This document shows, in pieces, positions 24,916 to 38,519 of a stretch of 64,000 bases of DNA. The translations under genes were made by a program, and so were the position numbers. How positions within the stretch are numbered: the first letter of the stretch is position 1; each line of letters opens with the position of its first letter. Origin of the DNA: Octopus bimaculoides (lineage: Eukaryota); assembly GCF_001194135.2 (NCBI RefSeq), contig NC_068985.1:106473462-106537461 (forward strand). The letters run 5' to 3'. Below the pieces are notes generated by a model that made no database searches, was not told the DNA's origin, and worked only from the letters and a program-made list of their open reading frames with translations.

Positions 24916-26029
24916 ACCTGCATGTATGTATGTATGTATGTATGTATGTATCACGTGATCAACCAGACTATTGGATATGGATACTGTTATACATCACTGG
25001 TCATGATGTGCTTGGCATTGTTTTTTTAGCTTTTGAATGATGCCACCCCATTGGCTAGGCAAATAGGCCAACATTCTCCCTGATCAGAAGGCCAGTCTGT
25101 CACAGGGTTATTCATTGACAGTTGAGTGGACTGGAGTGTTTTGCTCAAGAGCACAATGTACTGTTCAGACTGGGATCTAACAATTTTGAGTACAACACTC
25201 TTAACATGAGGCCACGTGTCTTCACAATATATATTGTTGCTATTATGTCAAACTGTTGTATGTCCAAATTTGGCCAAATCCCCTTTTTTTTTCTTTTCAA
25301 TATTTACTTTTGCTTGCAATAGCTGTTTTTTTTTGGTCAAACTAGAGAGTAATTCTTTATGAAACTGAAACTTGGTCTATAAAGAAGCTTCAACATCACC
25401 TTGATGGTATGCAGGCTAGGTTTTTCATGAGGGCGTAAAACATCTCATGACATGATCACAAGACCAAAGATGAAATTTATAAACAGTCATTGGCTATGTG
25501 GTTATGAAGTTTGTTTACCAACCATGTGGTTTCAGGTTCTTTCCCATTGTGCAGCATTTTTGGCAAGCTTCTTCTAACTATAGTTTTGGCCAATGGAAAC
25601 TGAAAAAGGCTTGTTGTGAATATATGTGCAAGTGTGTGTGTGTGTGTTTCCTTGTCTTGACATTGTGCAACTGTCATACACAAACAACACCATCATACAA
25701 GCAGTGTCCTTCATATCCAATCTTCCATGAAAACATGACCAGTAATGGGAAATATTACCTTGCTTGGAAACAAGGTAATTTTCCTTAAGCACCTGATCTG
25801 AATGAACTGGCATTTCCAGAGTTTGGTCATTTCATCATTCTCTGAAACCTTTTGTGGGATGTGTGGTTTGTATGGTTTGCAATGGTTAACTAATGATTTT
25901 TGCTGTGACTAGGACTTAGGTTTGTCATGAACCCTAGGACTCAAACCATGAGCTTAACCTGCTTTCCAAGGCATATAAGTGACTGAGACCACAACCCCAA
26001 CCCATTCCTAAACACTAGTCCACCACAGG

Positions 26030-26190
26030 GTTAGCTTCTCAGCTATTGCTGGAACTCTTTCACAGCTAAGTTGACTGGGGCAACAAGGAATGAAGTGTAT
26101 TGCTCAAGAACACAACACACCACCTGATCCAGGAACTGAAACCACAATGTTATAACAGTGAATGCAATACCTGAATCACAAGGGCACATA
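26030..26190 (-). mobile_element. Diverged tRNA-derived SINE (further family; also about 25090-25215)
   Basis: GAAGTGTATTGCTCAAGAACACAAC...GAAACCACAAT is the reverse complement of a tRNA head plus a CORE/V-like block. Confidence 0.5.
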
Positions 26191-27235
26191 CGTTGCTATG
26201 GTTAATTAATAATAATAACATAGTTTCTAGTGTGTGTGAGCTTAAAAACTGACAACACTTGTGGTTAAGGTATAGATTTCCAAGAACAAATACCACAAGT
26301 CATCCAATCTTAGGTTCTACTGATTCTGTAACTCTACTATCCTTAGACTGTTATTTTATTTATTAGTCGCAAAATGATGAAGGTCAAAGTTAACTTCGTA
26401 TTTTGTAGCTATATCTATTAGTTTCTATACTTTTGAAGATTTACACTAGATATTGCACAATAGTTTTCTAGGAGCATAAAACTCCATCTTCTTAATATTC
26501 ACAGTAAGCTGAATATTTATATGTCAAGATATTGGGTGGTGTATTCAAATTATTTTCCATATTTTTCTATGTAGACATACTAATTCAGTTAGTGTCCATT
26601 TGAGAATATTATACCTATAACTTATTACTGGAATAGTAAGAATATCAATATCTATTACCTTATTTTTGGCATTTAGCTCCGAATTAAGTATGAATCTAAT
26701 ACCTCATTAATATTCCTTCCTGAACTTTTCTTTCATTTGTGTGTATTATATTCTATCTAATTTATTAATTTATAAGTGTTTATAATTCTGAGTTCGGTCT
26801 AATTCTTTTATCTCTTTTCCTAATATGATATTACTGTTCTCTATTAATTTTCCTCTCTTCAACTTTCCTAACTGAATTTCTGGCCAATTTGTCCACTGAT
26901 CAACAGCCTATCAAAAGAATCCTTTCTACTATAGGAACAAGGCGTGAAATTATGAGGAAGGGGGTTCTGGTCAACTATATCAACCAGAGTGCTCAATTGG
27001 TACTTATTTCATTGACTCTAAAAGAATGAAAGGCAAAGTTGACCTTGATGGAATTTATACTTATCAAAAACAACAACTGTAATCAGAATAGGAGAACTTG
27101 TCAGCAAGTAAAGGTTGCAGTCCAAAAGCAAGCCTGTAGAATGAAGAGCAACAAATGATAGGTTGTGGCACTTGAAATGCATGGGTGCTTGTTATGTGAC
27201 AGCAGCGTGCTCACACACACACACACACACACACA

Positions 27236-27284
<49 letters not shown>

Positions 27285-27287
<3 letters not shown>

Positions 27288-27569
27288 GGCACGTGAAAAG
27301 ACATGAGGTCGTTGCCAGTGCTGCCGGACTGGCTCCTGTGCAGGTGGCACATAAAATACACCGTTTGAGCGTGGCCGTTGCCAGTACCGCCTGACTAGCC
27401 TTTGTGCTGGTGGCACGTAAAAGCACCCACTACACTCTCAGAGTGGTTGGCATTAGGAAGGGCATCCAGCTGTAGAAACTCTGCCAAATCAGATTGGAGC
27501 CTGGTGTAGCCATCTGGTTCGCCAGTCCTCAGTCAAATCGTCCAACCCATGCTAGCATGGAAAGCGGAC

Positions 27570-27605
<36 letters not shown>
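27285..27605 (+). mobile_element. Family C SINE with internal tandem units and (GAT)n tail
   Basis: GGCACGTAAAAGCACC units followed by the canonical tail. Confidence 0.85.
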
Positions 27606-27608
<3 letters not shown>

Positions 27609-28469
27609 ATATATATATGTATATATATATATATAAGAGCTTTTAATTTTCACCAGCAAAATTCATCTACAAGATTTTGGTTTGTCTGACATTAAAATAG
27701 AAGACACTTATCTCAGGTACCATACAGTTCAATCGATTGTGAAGCCATGTGGTTGGGAAGCAAACTTCTCAACCACTCAAACACTCATACACATACACAC
27801 GCATATGTGTATACAAGGAAGTAAATATTTATCATGAAATGAATGTGCAAATATGATGGAATATAAAGACTTGGAAACTGCAAAGCTATAGTACATATAT
27901 ACTATGATAGTCAGAGAAGTAGAGGCAGTGACTATGACTGCAGTAGTCCTTCTATAACTGATGTAATTGGTGTGGATTGATGTTCACTTTAAATGTCTGT
28001 AGGGTAATACAATCTAGGAACCATTCTCTTTTGTTAAGCAGCATGCGTTTCGGTTGAAATAACTCTGTTTATAAGAGTCAAAATGAATGTGATTTAGAGG
28101 TGACTAACAAGGACAGCAACATACATACATACATATGTGTGTGTGTGTGTACATGTGTATGTGTGCATGTGAGTATGTGTGCACATATGTATGTATGTAT
28201 ATATGTACGTACGTACATACATACATACTGACATGCATTCTTCGAATCCAATCTATTAGTGGCATAGTGAAGATTTGTAAGACATTCCAAAGATTCTTCA
28301 TCTGAGATTCTTTAGATAAATACATGCATACACTTGGGTGTGTGCATCAACAGTTCAACAAACACACCAACTCAACCACATATTTACAAACATTGGGAAC
28401 TCTCATTATTTTGTTGGTGACCAGCTTGAACTCTCTTCAGAAGAATTTCAATAAAACTCAAAGAAAAAG

Positions 28470-28628
28470 TATGCATGGCTATGTGGTAAGTAGCTTGCTT
28501 ACCAACCACATGGTCCCGGGTTCAGTCCCACTGTGTGGCATCTTGGGCAAGTGTCTTCTACTATAGCCTTGGGCCGACCAAAGCCTTGTGAGTGGATTTG
28601 GTAGACAGAAACTGAAAGAAGCCCGTCG

Positions 28629-28659
<31 letters not shown>

Positions 28660-28870
28660 GTGTGTTTGTGTGTCTGTGTTTGTCCCCCCAACATCGCTTG
28701 ACAACCGATGCTGGTGTGTTTATGTCCCTGTAACTTAGCAGTTCGGCAAAAGAGACCGATAGAATAAGTACTAGGCTTCCAAAGAATAAGTCCTGGGGTC
28801 GATTTGCTTGACTAAAGGCGGTGCTCCAGCATGGCCACAGTCAAAAGACTGAAACAAGTAAAAGAGTAGA
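28470..28870 (+). mobile_element. Family A SINE
   Basis: Near-identical to 16148-16537. Confidence 0.9.
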
Positions 28871-29123
28871 GTAAAGAGTATATGCATGCATACGTACAGA
28901 CAGACAGACAGACCTTGCAAATCCTTAATTCATATGCTACAAATGATCACAATATCTGGAACTATAAAAATTTGCAAGACCTTAAGATTGAAAGGATGAT
29001 AGTTAAAAGAAGATGCTTTCCTTCAGAACCTTGCTACCGAGTAGATGGCTGCTCAAAATCGTAGTCATGGCCAATGCCAGTGCCACTTGACTGGCACCTG
29101 TGCTGGTGACATGTAAAAAGCAC

Positions 29124-30119
29124 TGTAGTGAAACCTCACTCTCGGGTATTTATTTACGAATGATAACGTAGTGGCTAACATCTAGCTTTCGGCCGCTTGG
29201 ACCGTTGTGTCCACCACCCTCATTGGCTCTTATTTGTGCGGCATTTGTCAACAGTTGTTTCGCACCAGGGTGCATAGCAACCAATCATGGCCTTCTGTTA
29301 AGGTCACGTGAGAGAGTGTTTTCTGCTGTTTCTGGAGCCTCCCTTTTATCTATAAATAGTCTTATTTTATCCACGCCAATTTGTCTCGACTTCAGACCTC
29401 TCACAGGTCTGGTCGTTTGACCACACACCAACCATCCAGTTTCCAGTGATGACATCAACACCACCGATCTACTGTCTACTACAGTTCCGTCGCCAACACC
29501 ACCACCAGAGTACACGCACCAACAGCAACCGTGATTCCGTCTCAACACTGTTTGTGTGGATTGTTTCCACCTTGAAGATAACAGCCAGAACCAACCTGCG
29601 AGGATCTTCTGTACCAAGTAACCAGTCCTAGCATCGACACTCAACTTCACACACAACATGTGACACCACAGCCCTGCTATTTGGCCACAACTCTTGTGTA
29701 CAGACATTCTACATAATGTGAAACTCTTCTATGAACTGGTACCTTTTTTATCTTTGTGTTCAGGACTCTTATAGTCTGTTAAAGACTCTTATTCCATGCT
29801 CTGTATTTCTCACTCAACTCACACCCATATTATTGTATACACAGTCTTGTACACGAAGGCCGTCATATATATTGTATTGTTTATATCGCCGCATGCACGC
29901 ACACACAGACACACAGTTGACTACCCTAATAAAACTTACTATCCTTATATAACTTACGGTTGTCACTCACTCTCATTTCCTTGCTGGCACTTGCTCGCAT
30001 CTCACATGCGAGCCATCTTATGTTACATTACATGTATTGTGTTGACCGTGTGACGCGTTTAAAGGAGCTTCTTCCGTTCGTCACCATTCTCTTTTGGTTC
30101 GCATGGTCGATTCTTTACA
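29124..30119 (+). mobile_element. Solo LTR (996 bp), probably Gypsy/Ty3-type
   Basis: TGTAGTGAA...TTCTTTACA termini (imperfect inverted repeat); 4-bp TSD GCAC at 29120-29123 and 30120-30123; TATAAATA at 29351; AATAAA at 29928; interrupts a family C SINE. Confidence 0.82.
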
Positions 30120-30408
30120 GCACCATTCAAGCCAGTGACATGTAAAAAGCACCATTCAATTGTGGTCAATGCCAATGCCACCAGACCAACTCCCATACTG
30201 GTGGCACATAAAAAGCACCATTCGAGCATGGTCAATGCCAGTGCTGCCTGACTGGCCCTTGTGCCTGTGGCACATAAAGAGCACACAGTACATTCTTGGA
30301 GTGGTTGACACTAGGAACCTGGTGCAGCCTCCTGGCTTGCCAGTCCTTAGTCAAACCATCCAACTCATGCCAGCATGGAAAGCAGACGTTAAATGATGAT
30401 GATAATGA

Positions 30409-30410
<2 letters not shown>
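30120..30410 (+). mobile_element. Downstream part of the family C SINE interrupted by the LTR (upstream part about 29060-29123)
   Basis: The sequence resumes ...AAAAGCAC|CATTC across the insertion. Confidence 0.8.
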
Positions 30411-30446
<36 letters not shown>

Positions 30447-30694
30447 CCACTCTCTAATGCTACCCTCTAACACCCACTTCTTATGCTCTCCTCCAACATA
30501 CCTTTCAATCCATTGTAGAATTAGGAATAAGAATGTACATACAAATACTACCATAAATAACACAACATGATATACTGCTTCTCTCTTATACTGTTATATA
30601 ATTAGAAAAAAATACAAAGGGTTTGAGCTTACATTAATTAAGCATACTGTTAACAAAGACAAAATGACATTTTTCTCTCCATTTGCAATGTATA

Positions 30695-31020
30695 GGCACA
30701 GGCATGGCTGTGTGGTAAGAAGTTTGCTGCCCAACCACGTGTCTTCTATTATAGATTTGGATCAACCAAAGCCTTGTGAGTGGATTTCGAAGATGGAAAC
30801 TGAAAGAAGCCCATTGTGTAGATATATGTATATATATCTATGATTGTGTGTCTGTCTTTGTGTCTGTGTTTGTCCCCACCTCCAACCACCACTGCTTGAC
30901 AACTGGTGTGGGTGTATTTATGTCCCTGTAACTTAGCAATTCAGCAAAAGTGATCAATAGAATAAGTACTGAGCTTCAAACAAAAAACAAAGTCCTAAGG
31001 TCGATAAATTCGACCATAAA
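30695..31020 (+). mobile_element. Family A SINE, diverged
   Basis: Head and tail motifs as above. Confidence 0.75.
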
Positions 31021-31409
31021 TTTTTCCATTTTTTATACCCACCAATGACTACAAAAATAATAACAATCAGAGGTGCTGATTCTAACAATTAGTAATAACT
31101 GTTCTAATTATAACTAATCTGCTACAGCTACGTAAACTAATTCTATAGCTATTGTAAGCAAGATGAAAAAAACAAAACAACTAAAACAATACACTCATAT
31201 GAATAACCTTAAAGTACTTAGCATTCTGCTAGGATTCATGCATTCCACAAGAACTAGAGGGGAACAGCTACTGCTGTGCTCTGATTAAGACAACCTTGCT
31301 TGCCTCTTTTGTAGTCACCCTCAGAAGGGACTCTCAGTAGCTGCTGAACATGCTAGAAATAGGTGATTCCCACCACTATTAACTCATCTGGTTAAAAATG
31401 CAAAATTCA

Positions 31410-31440
<31 letters not shown>

Positions 31441-31562
31441 GTAAATTTTAATGAAAAAAAAATTTGATTTAGCAAGCTATTTCCAATATTTAATTGATTG
31501 AAACATGCACTTGTGTCTGGAGAAGGTATAATAGAGTTAATAACGTCCAGCCAGAAAGAGAG

Positions 31563-31598
<36 letters not shown>

Positions 31599-32378
31599 NN
31601 NNNNNNNNNNNNNNNNNNNNNNNNNNNNNNNNNNNNNNNNNNNNNNNNNNNNNNNNNNNNNNNNNNNNNNNNNNNNNNNNNNNNNNNNNNNNNNNNNNNN
31701 NNNNNNNNNNNNNNNNNNNNNNNNNNNNNNNNNNNNNNNNNNNNNNNNNNNNNNNNNNNNNNNNNNNNNNNNNNNNNNNNNNNNNNNNNNNNNNNNNNNN
31801 NNNNNNNNNNNNNNNNNNNNNNNNNNNNNNNNNNNNNNNNNNNNNNNNNNNNNNNNNNNNNNNNNNNNNNNNNNNNNNNNNNNNNNNNNNNNNNNNNNNN
31901 NNNNNNNNNNNNNNNNNNNNNNNNNNNNNNNNNNNNNNNNNNNNNNNNNNNNNNNNNNNNNNNNNNNNNNNNNNNNNNNNNNNNNNNNNNNNNNNNNNNN
32001 NNNNNNNNNNNNNNNNNNNNNNNNNNNNNNNNNNNNNNNNNNNNNNNNNNNNNNNNNNNNNNNNNNNNNNNNNNNNNNNNNNNNNNNNNNNNNNNNNNNN
32101 NNNNNNNNNNNNNNNNNNNNNNNNNNNNNNNNNNNNNNNNNNNNNNNNNNNNNNNNNNNNNNNNNNNNNNNNNNNNNNNNNNNNNNNNNNNNNNNNNNNN
32201 NNNNNNNNNNNNNNNNNNNNNNNNNNNNNNNNNNNNNNNNNNNNNNNNNNNNNNNNNNNNNNNNNNNNNNNNNNNNNNNNNNNNNNNNNNNNNNNNNNNN
32301 NNNNNNNNNNNNNNNNNNNNNNNNNNNNNNNNNNNNNNNNNNNNNNNNNNNNNNNNNNNNNNNNNNNNNNNNNNNNNN

Positions 32379-32470
32379 GGGCAAGTGTCTTCTACTATAG
32401 CCTCGGGCCGACCAAAGCCTTGTGAGTGGATTTGGTAGAAGGAAACTGAAAGAAGCCCATCGTATATATG

Positions 32471-32517
<47 letters not shown>

Positions 32518-32735
32518 ATATGTTTGTGTGTCTGTGTTTGTCCCCTCAGCATCGCTTGACAACCTATGGTGGTGTGTTTACGTCCCCGTAACTTAGCAGT
32601 TCGGCAAAATAGACCGATAGAATAAGTACTAGGCTTACAAAGAATAAGTCCTGGGGTTGATTTGCTCGACTAAAGGCGGTGCTCCAGCATGGCCACAGTC
32701 AAATGACTGAAACAAGTAAAAGAGTAAAGAGAGTA
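32379..32735 (+). mobile_element. Family A SINE with its head in the assembly gap
   Basis: Body and tail match 16148-16537. Confidence 0.88.
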
Positions 32736-33699
32736 TGGCAAAAGCAGACCAAATATAAAGAGAATTGTAGAAGTTTATGTACCCCAGCAACCTAAAATAA
32801 CGACAGTTCATACTTTTTAAAGCAAATATTTAATGCTGATTAAACTGGTCTTTTCTAAAATATATTTTATATCAAGAACAGAAAAAAAATTGATTTGTGA
32901 ACTCAAAGCAAATACAGATAAAACCACTTTATTATTATATTGTAATGCATTAAGTAACTGCTTTACAATGCCAATATCAAACACATACACACATGCAAAC
33001 ATACATGTCTACATATGTGGTAATTGTATTTTATCTCAATTTCTATAAATAATTGTTTATATTTTCTGTGCTGTTTTGTTTTCTAAATCAAGACTAATAT
33101 CATTCACAACATATCTCCATTAACCTACATGATTTTTCACAGCAAATCTACTGTGTAAACCAGTAAATTGGTTATATGTAAATATATTGAAGGACACAAG
33201 TAGATGCATACATACATGTTCACACACATAAATATTGGAGAAAGGGGGAGAGAGAGAGAAAAAAAGAAAGAGAGAGAGAGAAAAAGTGAATGTATGGAGG
33301 TGATATAGGGTAATGATAAATCTACAGCTTTTCAAGGACAACTTGTCTAGTACTCTTGGTATGATGAAATATACCCCGTCCATGAGTGTATTTTGTCATG
33401 CCAAGAGTGATAGGCAGGACATCCAGCTGTAAAAACCTCCACACCCCTACTTCCCAAAAGAAAACAAAGAAAGTATAAGAGAAACATAGATACTCTCCAC
33501 CTGTCATCACTATCTGCTATGATATTCTTGCTCCTTTTTCACCACTCATCTTGGTTCTTCTTCTGTCATTGCAATATGCCCTCGGTTACTTTGCCTTGAA
33601 TGTACATTTATGTCACAGAACACTGAGTACCCCTAACACTCATCTCTCTGTTACACAGTTCACTTACCACTTATATCTCATCTTTACCACTTACATCTG

Positions 33700-33945
33700 T
33701 ATTGTTCAGACTTTTATTACTTGCATTCCAACCATTAATAAATCTATCACCTATGCCATTGTCACTCATGCCACTATCACTCACATACGTATCACTTGCA
33801 CTTCTATCAATCATACTTCTGTCAGTTATACTTCTATCACTCATTCTCCCCCCCCCCTGCATCTTCCACTTATACCTCTTCCTCTCATACTTCTATCACT
33901 CATGCCTCTAAGTCCCATACCACTAACACACTTCTATCAGCCAGG
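33700..33945. repeat. Degenerate 15-bp minisatellite (consensus about CACTTCTATCACTCA)
   Basis: CTATCA/CACTCA recurs with 15-bp periodicity. Confidence 0.7.
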
Positions 33946-34289
33946 CTTCTATTCTCAGTGTCTCTTACTTGTGCTCCTGCCACCCATACTTCTTTTTCTC
34001 ACATATCTCTATGACTTTTCACTGTATCTGGTTGTCAAGACTAGGAAAGTGGATTTCTCTTCCTCATTAAATCATGCTTCAAGTGTAATTGGGGATGTCT
34101 CTGGTACTATCTGACCCTTCCATATTTCCAATGTATGACTCCTCCCTCTGATCATCCAAATCACTATGCTTCTCTTACATTAGAAAGGAGAGAAGGAACT
34201 AAAATTCTAAATTAAAAAAAAATTTAATTAATTTATTAAAAGCAGCAGTTCCATATCTGACATTTTAATATTTCAATGATTTCTTTTAG

Positions 34290-34500
34290 GGAGTGAGCTG
34301 GCAGAATTGTTAGCATGATAGACAAAATGTTTAATGGCATTTTGTCCATCTTTATGTTCTGAGTTCAAATTCCACCGAGGTCAACTTAGCCAGTCATCCT
34401 TTCAGGGTCGACAAAATAATTACCAGTTGAGTACTGCAGTTGATGTAATCAACTTACCCTCTTCCCAAAAATTGCTAGCCTTGTGCCAAAATTTGAAACC
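34290..34500 (+). mobile_element. Family B SINE, diverged
   Basis: GAGCTGGCAGAATTGTTAGCA head and GAGTTCAAATTCCACCGAGGTC B-box region. Confidence 0.75.
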
Positions 34501-34624
34501 AATATTTCAACTTTAACTTTTAGTTGTCTTCTTAATGCATATTAAAATAAATAATTTAAAATAAATATATCTAAATAAATAAGTATTGTGCAATATACAA
34601 TATGTAATATTATGTACAATATGT

Positions 34625-34835
34625 ATAAATATATGCTATAGACACAAGTGTGTCTGTGTGGTTAAGAAGCTTGTTTCCGAATTTTGTAGTGTTTCTGGTT
34701 TCAATTCTATTGTCTGGCACCTTGGACAAGTATTTTTTATTGCAGTTCCAGGTCAGCCAAAATCTTGCAAGTGAATTTCATAGATTGAAACAGGGAGAAG
34801 TTCCTCATATATATATTTGTATATGTATGTGTTTG

Positions 34836-34905
<70 letters not shown>

Positions 34906-35120
34906 ACCACTGTCTTGACATCATGGTTGTAAACAAACATCACCATCATACAAGTGGTGTTGTTTGTTTCCAGACCTCTGTGAAAAACATATCTGACAGC
35001 AGAAAAATATTACTTTGCCTGGAAAGAGGTGAGAGTTGGTAACAAGAAGGGCATCCAACCGATGAAAGATTGCCTCAACAAATTTCGTCTGACCCTTGCA
35101 AGCATGGAAAAGTAGATGTC
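34625..35120 (+). mobile_element. Family A-head SINE variant with (TG)n and a family-C-like tail
   Basis: CORE-type head, then ...AAGAAGGGCATCC...GCAAGCATGGAAAAGTAGATGT. A similar variant lies at about 25490-25790. Confidence 0.6.
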
Positions 35121-36063
35121 AAAAGCAGATGGCTTCTCATCTTAACTGATTGGAAGTGTTATCATGTACATTGTTTTGTCTTGGTATAAAAGATGGGCCA
35201 CAGCAAATGTCCTGCTCAATACTACAGATTTGCTTGTCTGTTGTTTGACCTTAACATTTAGTGACTGATGATATGTGCATCTCTGATCATGAGCAGAAGT
35301 AGTGGGGAGCATCATAGCTATGTGTTGAGAGGAATTATTTAGAGTTTGAATAATCCACCTTTGGAAACATGGATGTTTCATTCAACATTCTTAAACAACC
35401 TTATTCAGGGACTTTACTCGACCTGAAAGAAATTCTGACTGAGCCCCACCTGCAAGGTCATGTGCTGTTTATCTTGATATGAGATCACCATGTCACACAC
35501 ATATGGTCGTGATGCATGTGCCTGGTGTACCCTTATCAGATGGATAGTCATGATGGGTATACTGGGCTTTGTATATTTTACCCCAGTGTCACTTTGATGG
35601 CATGCACTGCTCTCTCACACAATAATAATAATAATAATAATAATGGTTTCTTTATTAACCACAAAGGTTTACATTAAGAAAAACATTATAGACAGTACAG
35701 AACAAAACGAAGAATGTGTGTGTGTATGTGTGTGTTGTGAGGGTTTCGCATGTAAACAAGATTAACTAAATTTAAAAAAAAAGAAATGAAAGAAAGAAAT
35801 CAATAATGTGTAAACCTAGCAAGGATGTTGTTTTAATGCATTAAGTTTTGTTTTCATTTCGATACTACATTCCAGTCTTGGTTATGTCACCACTCTTCCT
35901 AACTTCCCCTTCATCTCATGTCTTAATATCAACAGAAAAGGGGTAAGCTTGTATTAAGGTCAGTTCAATAACTTGTTTAGGCAACATTTATGATGTGGTG
36001 GTTTTCTGACTGGGATAGTGGTGATGAATTGCCCTAATGACAAATTGACTGGACACTATATAT

Positions 36064-36102
<39 letters not shown>

Positions 36103-36181
36103 NNNNNNNNNNNNNNNNNNNNNNNNNNNNNNNNNNNNNNNNNNNNNNNNNNNNNNNNNNNNNNNNNNNNNNNNNNNNNNN

Positions 36182-36217
<36 letters not shown>

Positions 36218-36305
36218 TTAAAAAAAAGACAAAAAACAATAACAAAAAAACAACAAAGTGAGGACGTGATACGGATAGTGTTATTAGACACTCGGGAAAG
36301 GAAAG

Positions 36306-36373
<68 letters not shown>

Positions 36374-38519
36374 GTGAGTGGACAAATGAAAGAAAGAGGC
36401 ACTCAACACATTTAGAAGTTACATATATTATTGTTTAAAACAGTTTGATTTGGAGGCCCCCTGCAACTTAGAATTTTGAAGCCTCATTACAGGAGTCAGG
36501 CTTGTCAGGGCATGTGTGTGTGTGTGTGTGTGTATGTGTGTGTGTGTATGTATACATAATATAAATAAAGTTAGAGCAGGCTGGTTTATGGGATTACTCT
36601 GGCTTAAGATCTCTCTAGTGAGTGGCCTCTCTAGAATATGGAGGAGAAAAGGACCTCGCTACTCAATCTCAACAGCAGGAGATAGTCTCCCTTTGGCTAT
36701 CAATCATCAGTGACCCTGTTATCTGGTGGGTTTAACCCACCAGATAACAGGGTCACTGACGCTCGATAAGCTGTGGTGCCTTTACCACAGCTTGAAGTCC
36801 ACACTATCCTTGTGACTAAACGAGCACTGAGAGACACCAAACTGGAAATTTTTAAGTTTTTGTGCATATGCACATCATGTAAGTGGATGGCTGTTGGCAT
36901 TTCTGAGTTCATCTGCCTTTTGACAGATCTTTTGACACCAGGGTGTCATGAAACCACCCTACTTGCCAAACTGGTTTGGTGGTGTTGCTGGTTTAGTTGC
37001 TGATAGCCTAACAATGCAGCAAGTTGCGCTAGGCTATATGTTACCAAAAACATGCAAGAGTAATTTTACACCCACGCACACACACACACACACACACATA
37101 TAGTGTTGGTCAATCTATCATGAAAACAAGTAGCTATCAATATCCAAGCACATGTGTGTGCATGCACACATGCACACACACACAAAGCTGTTTAGTTAAG
37201 AAGTTCATTTCACAACCACATGGTTTTGGGATCGGTCCCAGTGTGTGATACTTTGAGCAAGAGACTTCAACCAATGGATCTTGAAGCATAACTGAAGTCT
37301 GCCTAGAGACTGAAGGAGAAAGTGGTGACAGCTTGGAATAAGCTTAGCCATGTACCTTCCTTTTAAAAGTTATAAGAATAATACTGTCTACAAAATGTTC
37401 ATAAGTTTCACATGTGTTTAGCTCTTTCATTTGTTAAATCTGTCAAGCAGTACATGTGTGTGTGTATTTAATATTTAACAAATCAAGAGGAGTTTCTGTG
37501 CATTTGCTTGACCTGTTAGAAATAGCAACCATATTTCCTCAAACATGGAATAAGACATTGTATAACACAATGCTAAAATATACAAAAAGATAGGATATAC
37601 GCTATTGAAATAGTTTTGATCACAGGTCCACTCAACAAAGGTTGATCTGGAGTTAAGCAAAGAGATTATTTCAATACATTACAGCATTATTTTCTAGGTA
37701 TGACTATTAATCCAGTAGTGGGGAGTTCTCGTGTTTTGAGGAGTGTTGAACCACTTCCTAACCACTATTTTTCTCCAGGTCTACTCTGACCCAGAGTAGT
37801 AGCATCTCACAAGATTTCAGTTGTGGGTTAAATAGCATGTAACCACCTGAGCTAATGTATGTGGAAAATTATGAAATGCAGCATGGTGGCTATGAACTTT
37901 TTTGGCAGATGATCTTACTGACTGAATGGTGGAAGTCACTAGATGCTGAATGGATCAACAGACAACAAACTATCAATGGCCAGATATGGGTCAACGCTCG
38001 ATTTGGATGTCTGATATAGAAGAGTTACATTGGTCTAGGCAAGTTATCTACTGGATGAAGAAGATGGTGATGATGATGGTGATAGTAATGATGATGACAT
38101 TATTCACCTTAGACACATTACATATATCCTAGCGCTTGGTTCACCTGTTATATGTGATATCTGACTCACTTTCAGGGCTGTAGTATTTTCTGGTCTTAAA
38201 GAAAAAGTTTCATAATTAAATGCCTCCTAAAGAAGTGGTTTAGCCCTACATCAATGCTGATCGAGCAGACCTATGATCAAAGGCACTCCATTTGTGGCCA
38301 TCCCATCTTTCTCCTCTATGTTGGGAACCCAGGACAGCATTATCCATCGTTTCAATTATGCTTCTTTTTAAGACAGTAGAGCATGATTTGAAGGAGATCT
38401 GACTGCTATTTCTTACTGGTTGAGCGACTGCATCAAGACTTCAGATTGTGAGAGCTAGCTTTGACTTTTATAAGTTTTAATTGCATCTTTTTCATTAGAG
38501 TTTATATTCTTTTCTGCTC

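Noticed and set aside
31407-32552. Long ORFs in the track (also 4084-4572, 23872-24726 beyond 24221, and 45930-46654)
   Set aside because: They are open only because they run through N gaps.
36742-36752. 11-bp match (GATAACAGGGT) to the I-SceI recognition site inside the big hairpin
   Set aside because: It is only a partial match to an 18-bp site and is expected by chance at a non-trivial rate.
37900-38100. Possible RTE-like 3' fragment ending in (GAT)n
   Set aside because: Similarity is limited to a vague W-rich pattern and is too degraded to call.
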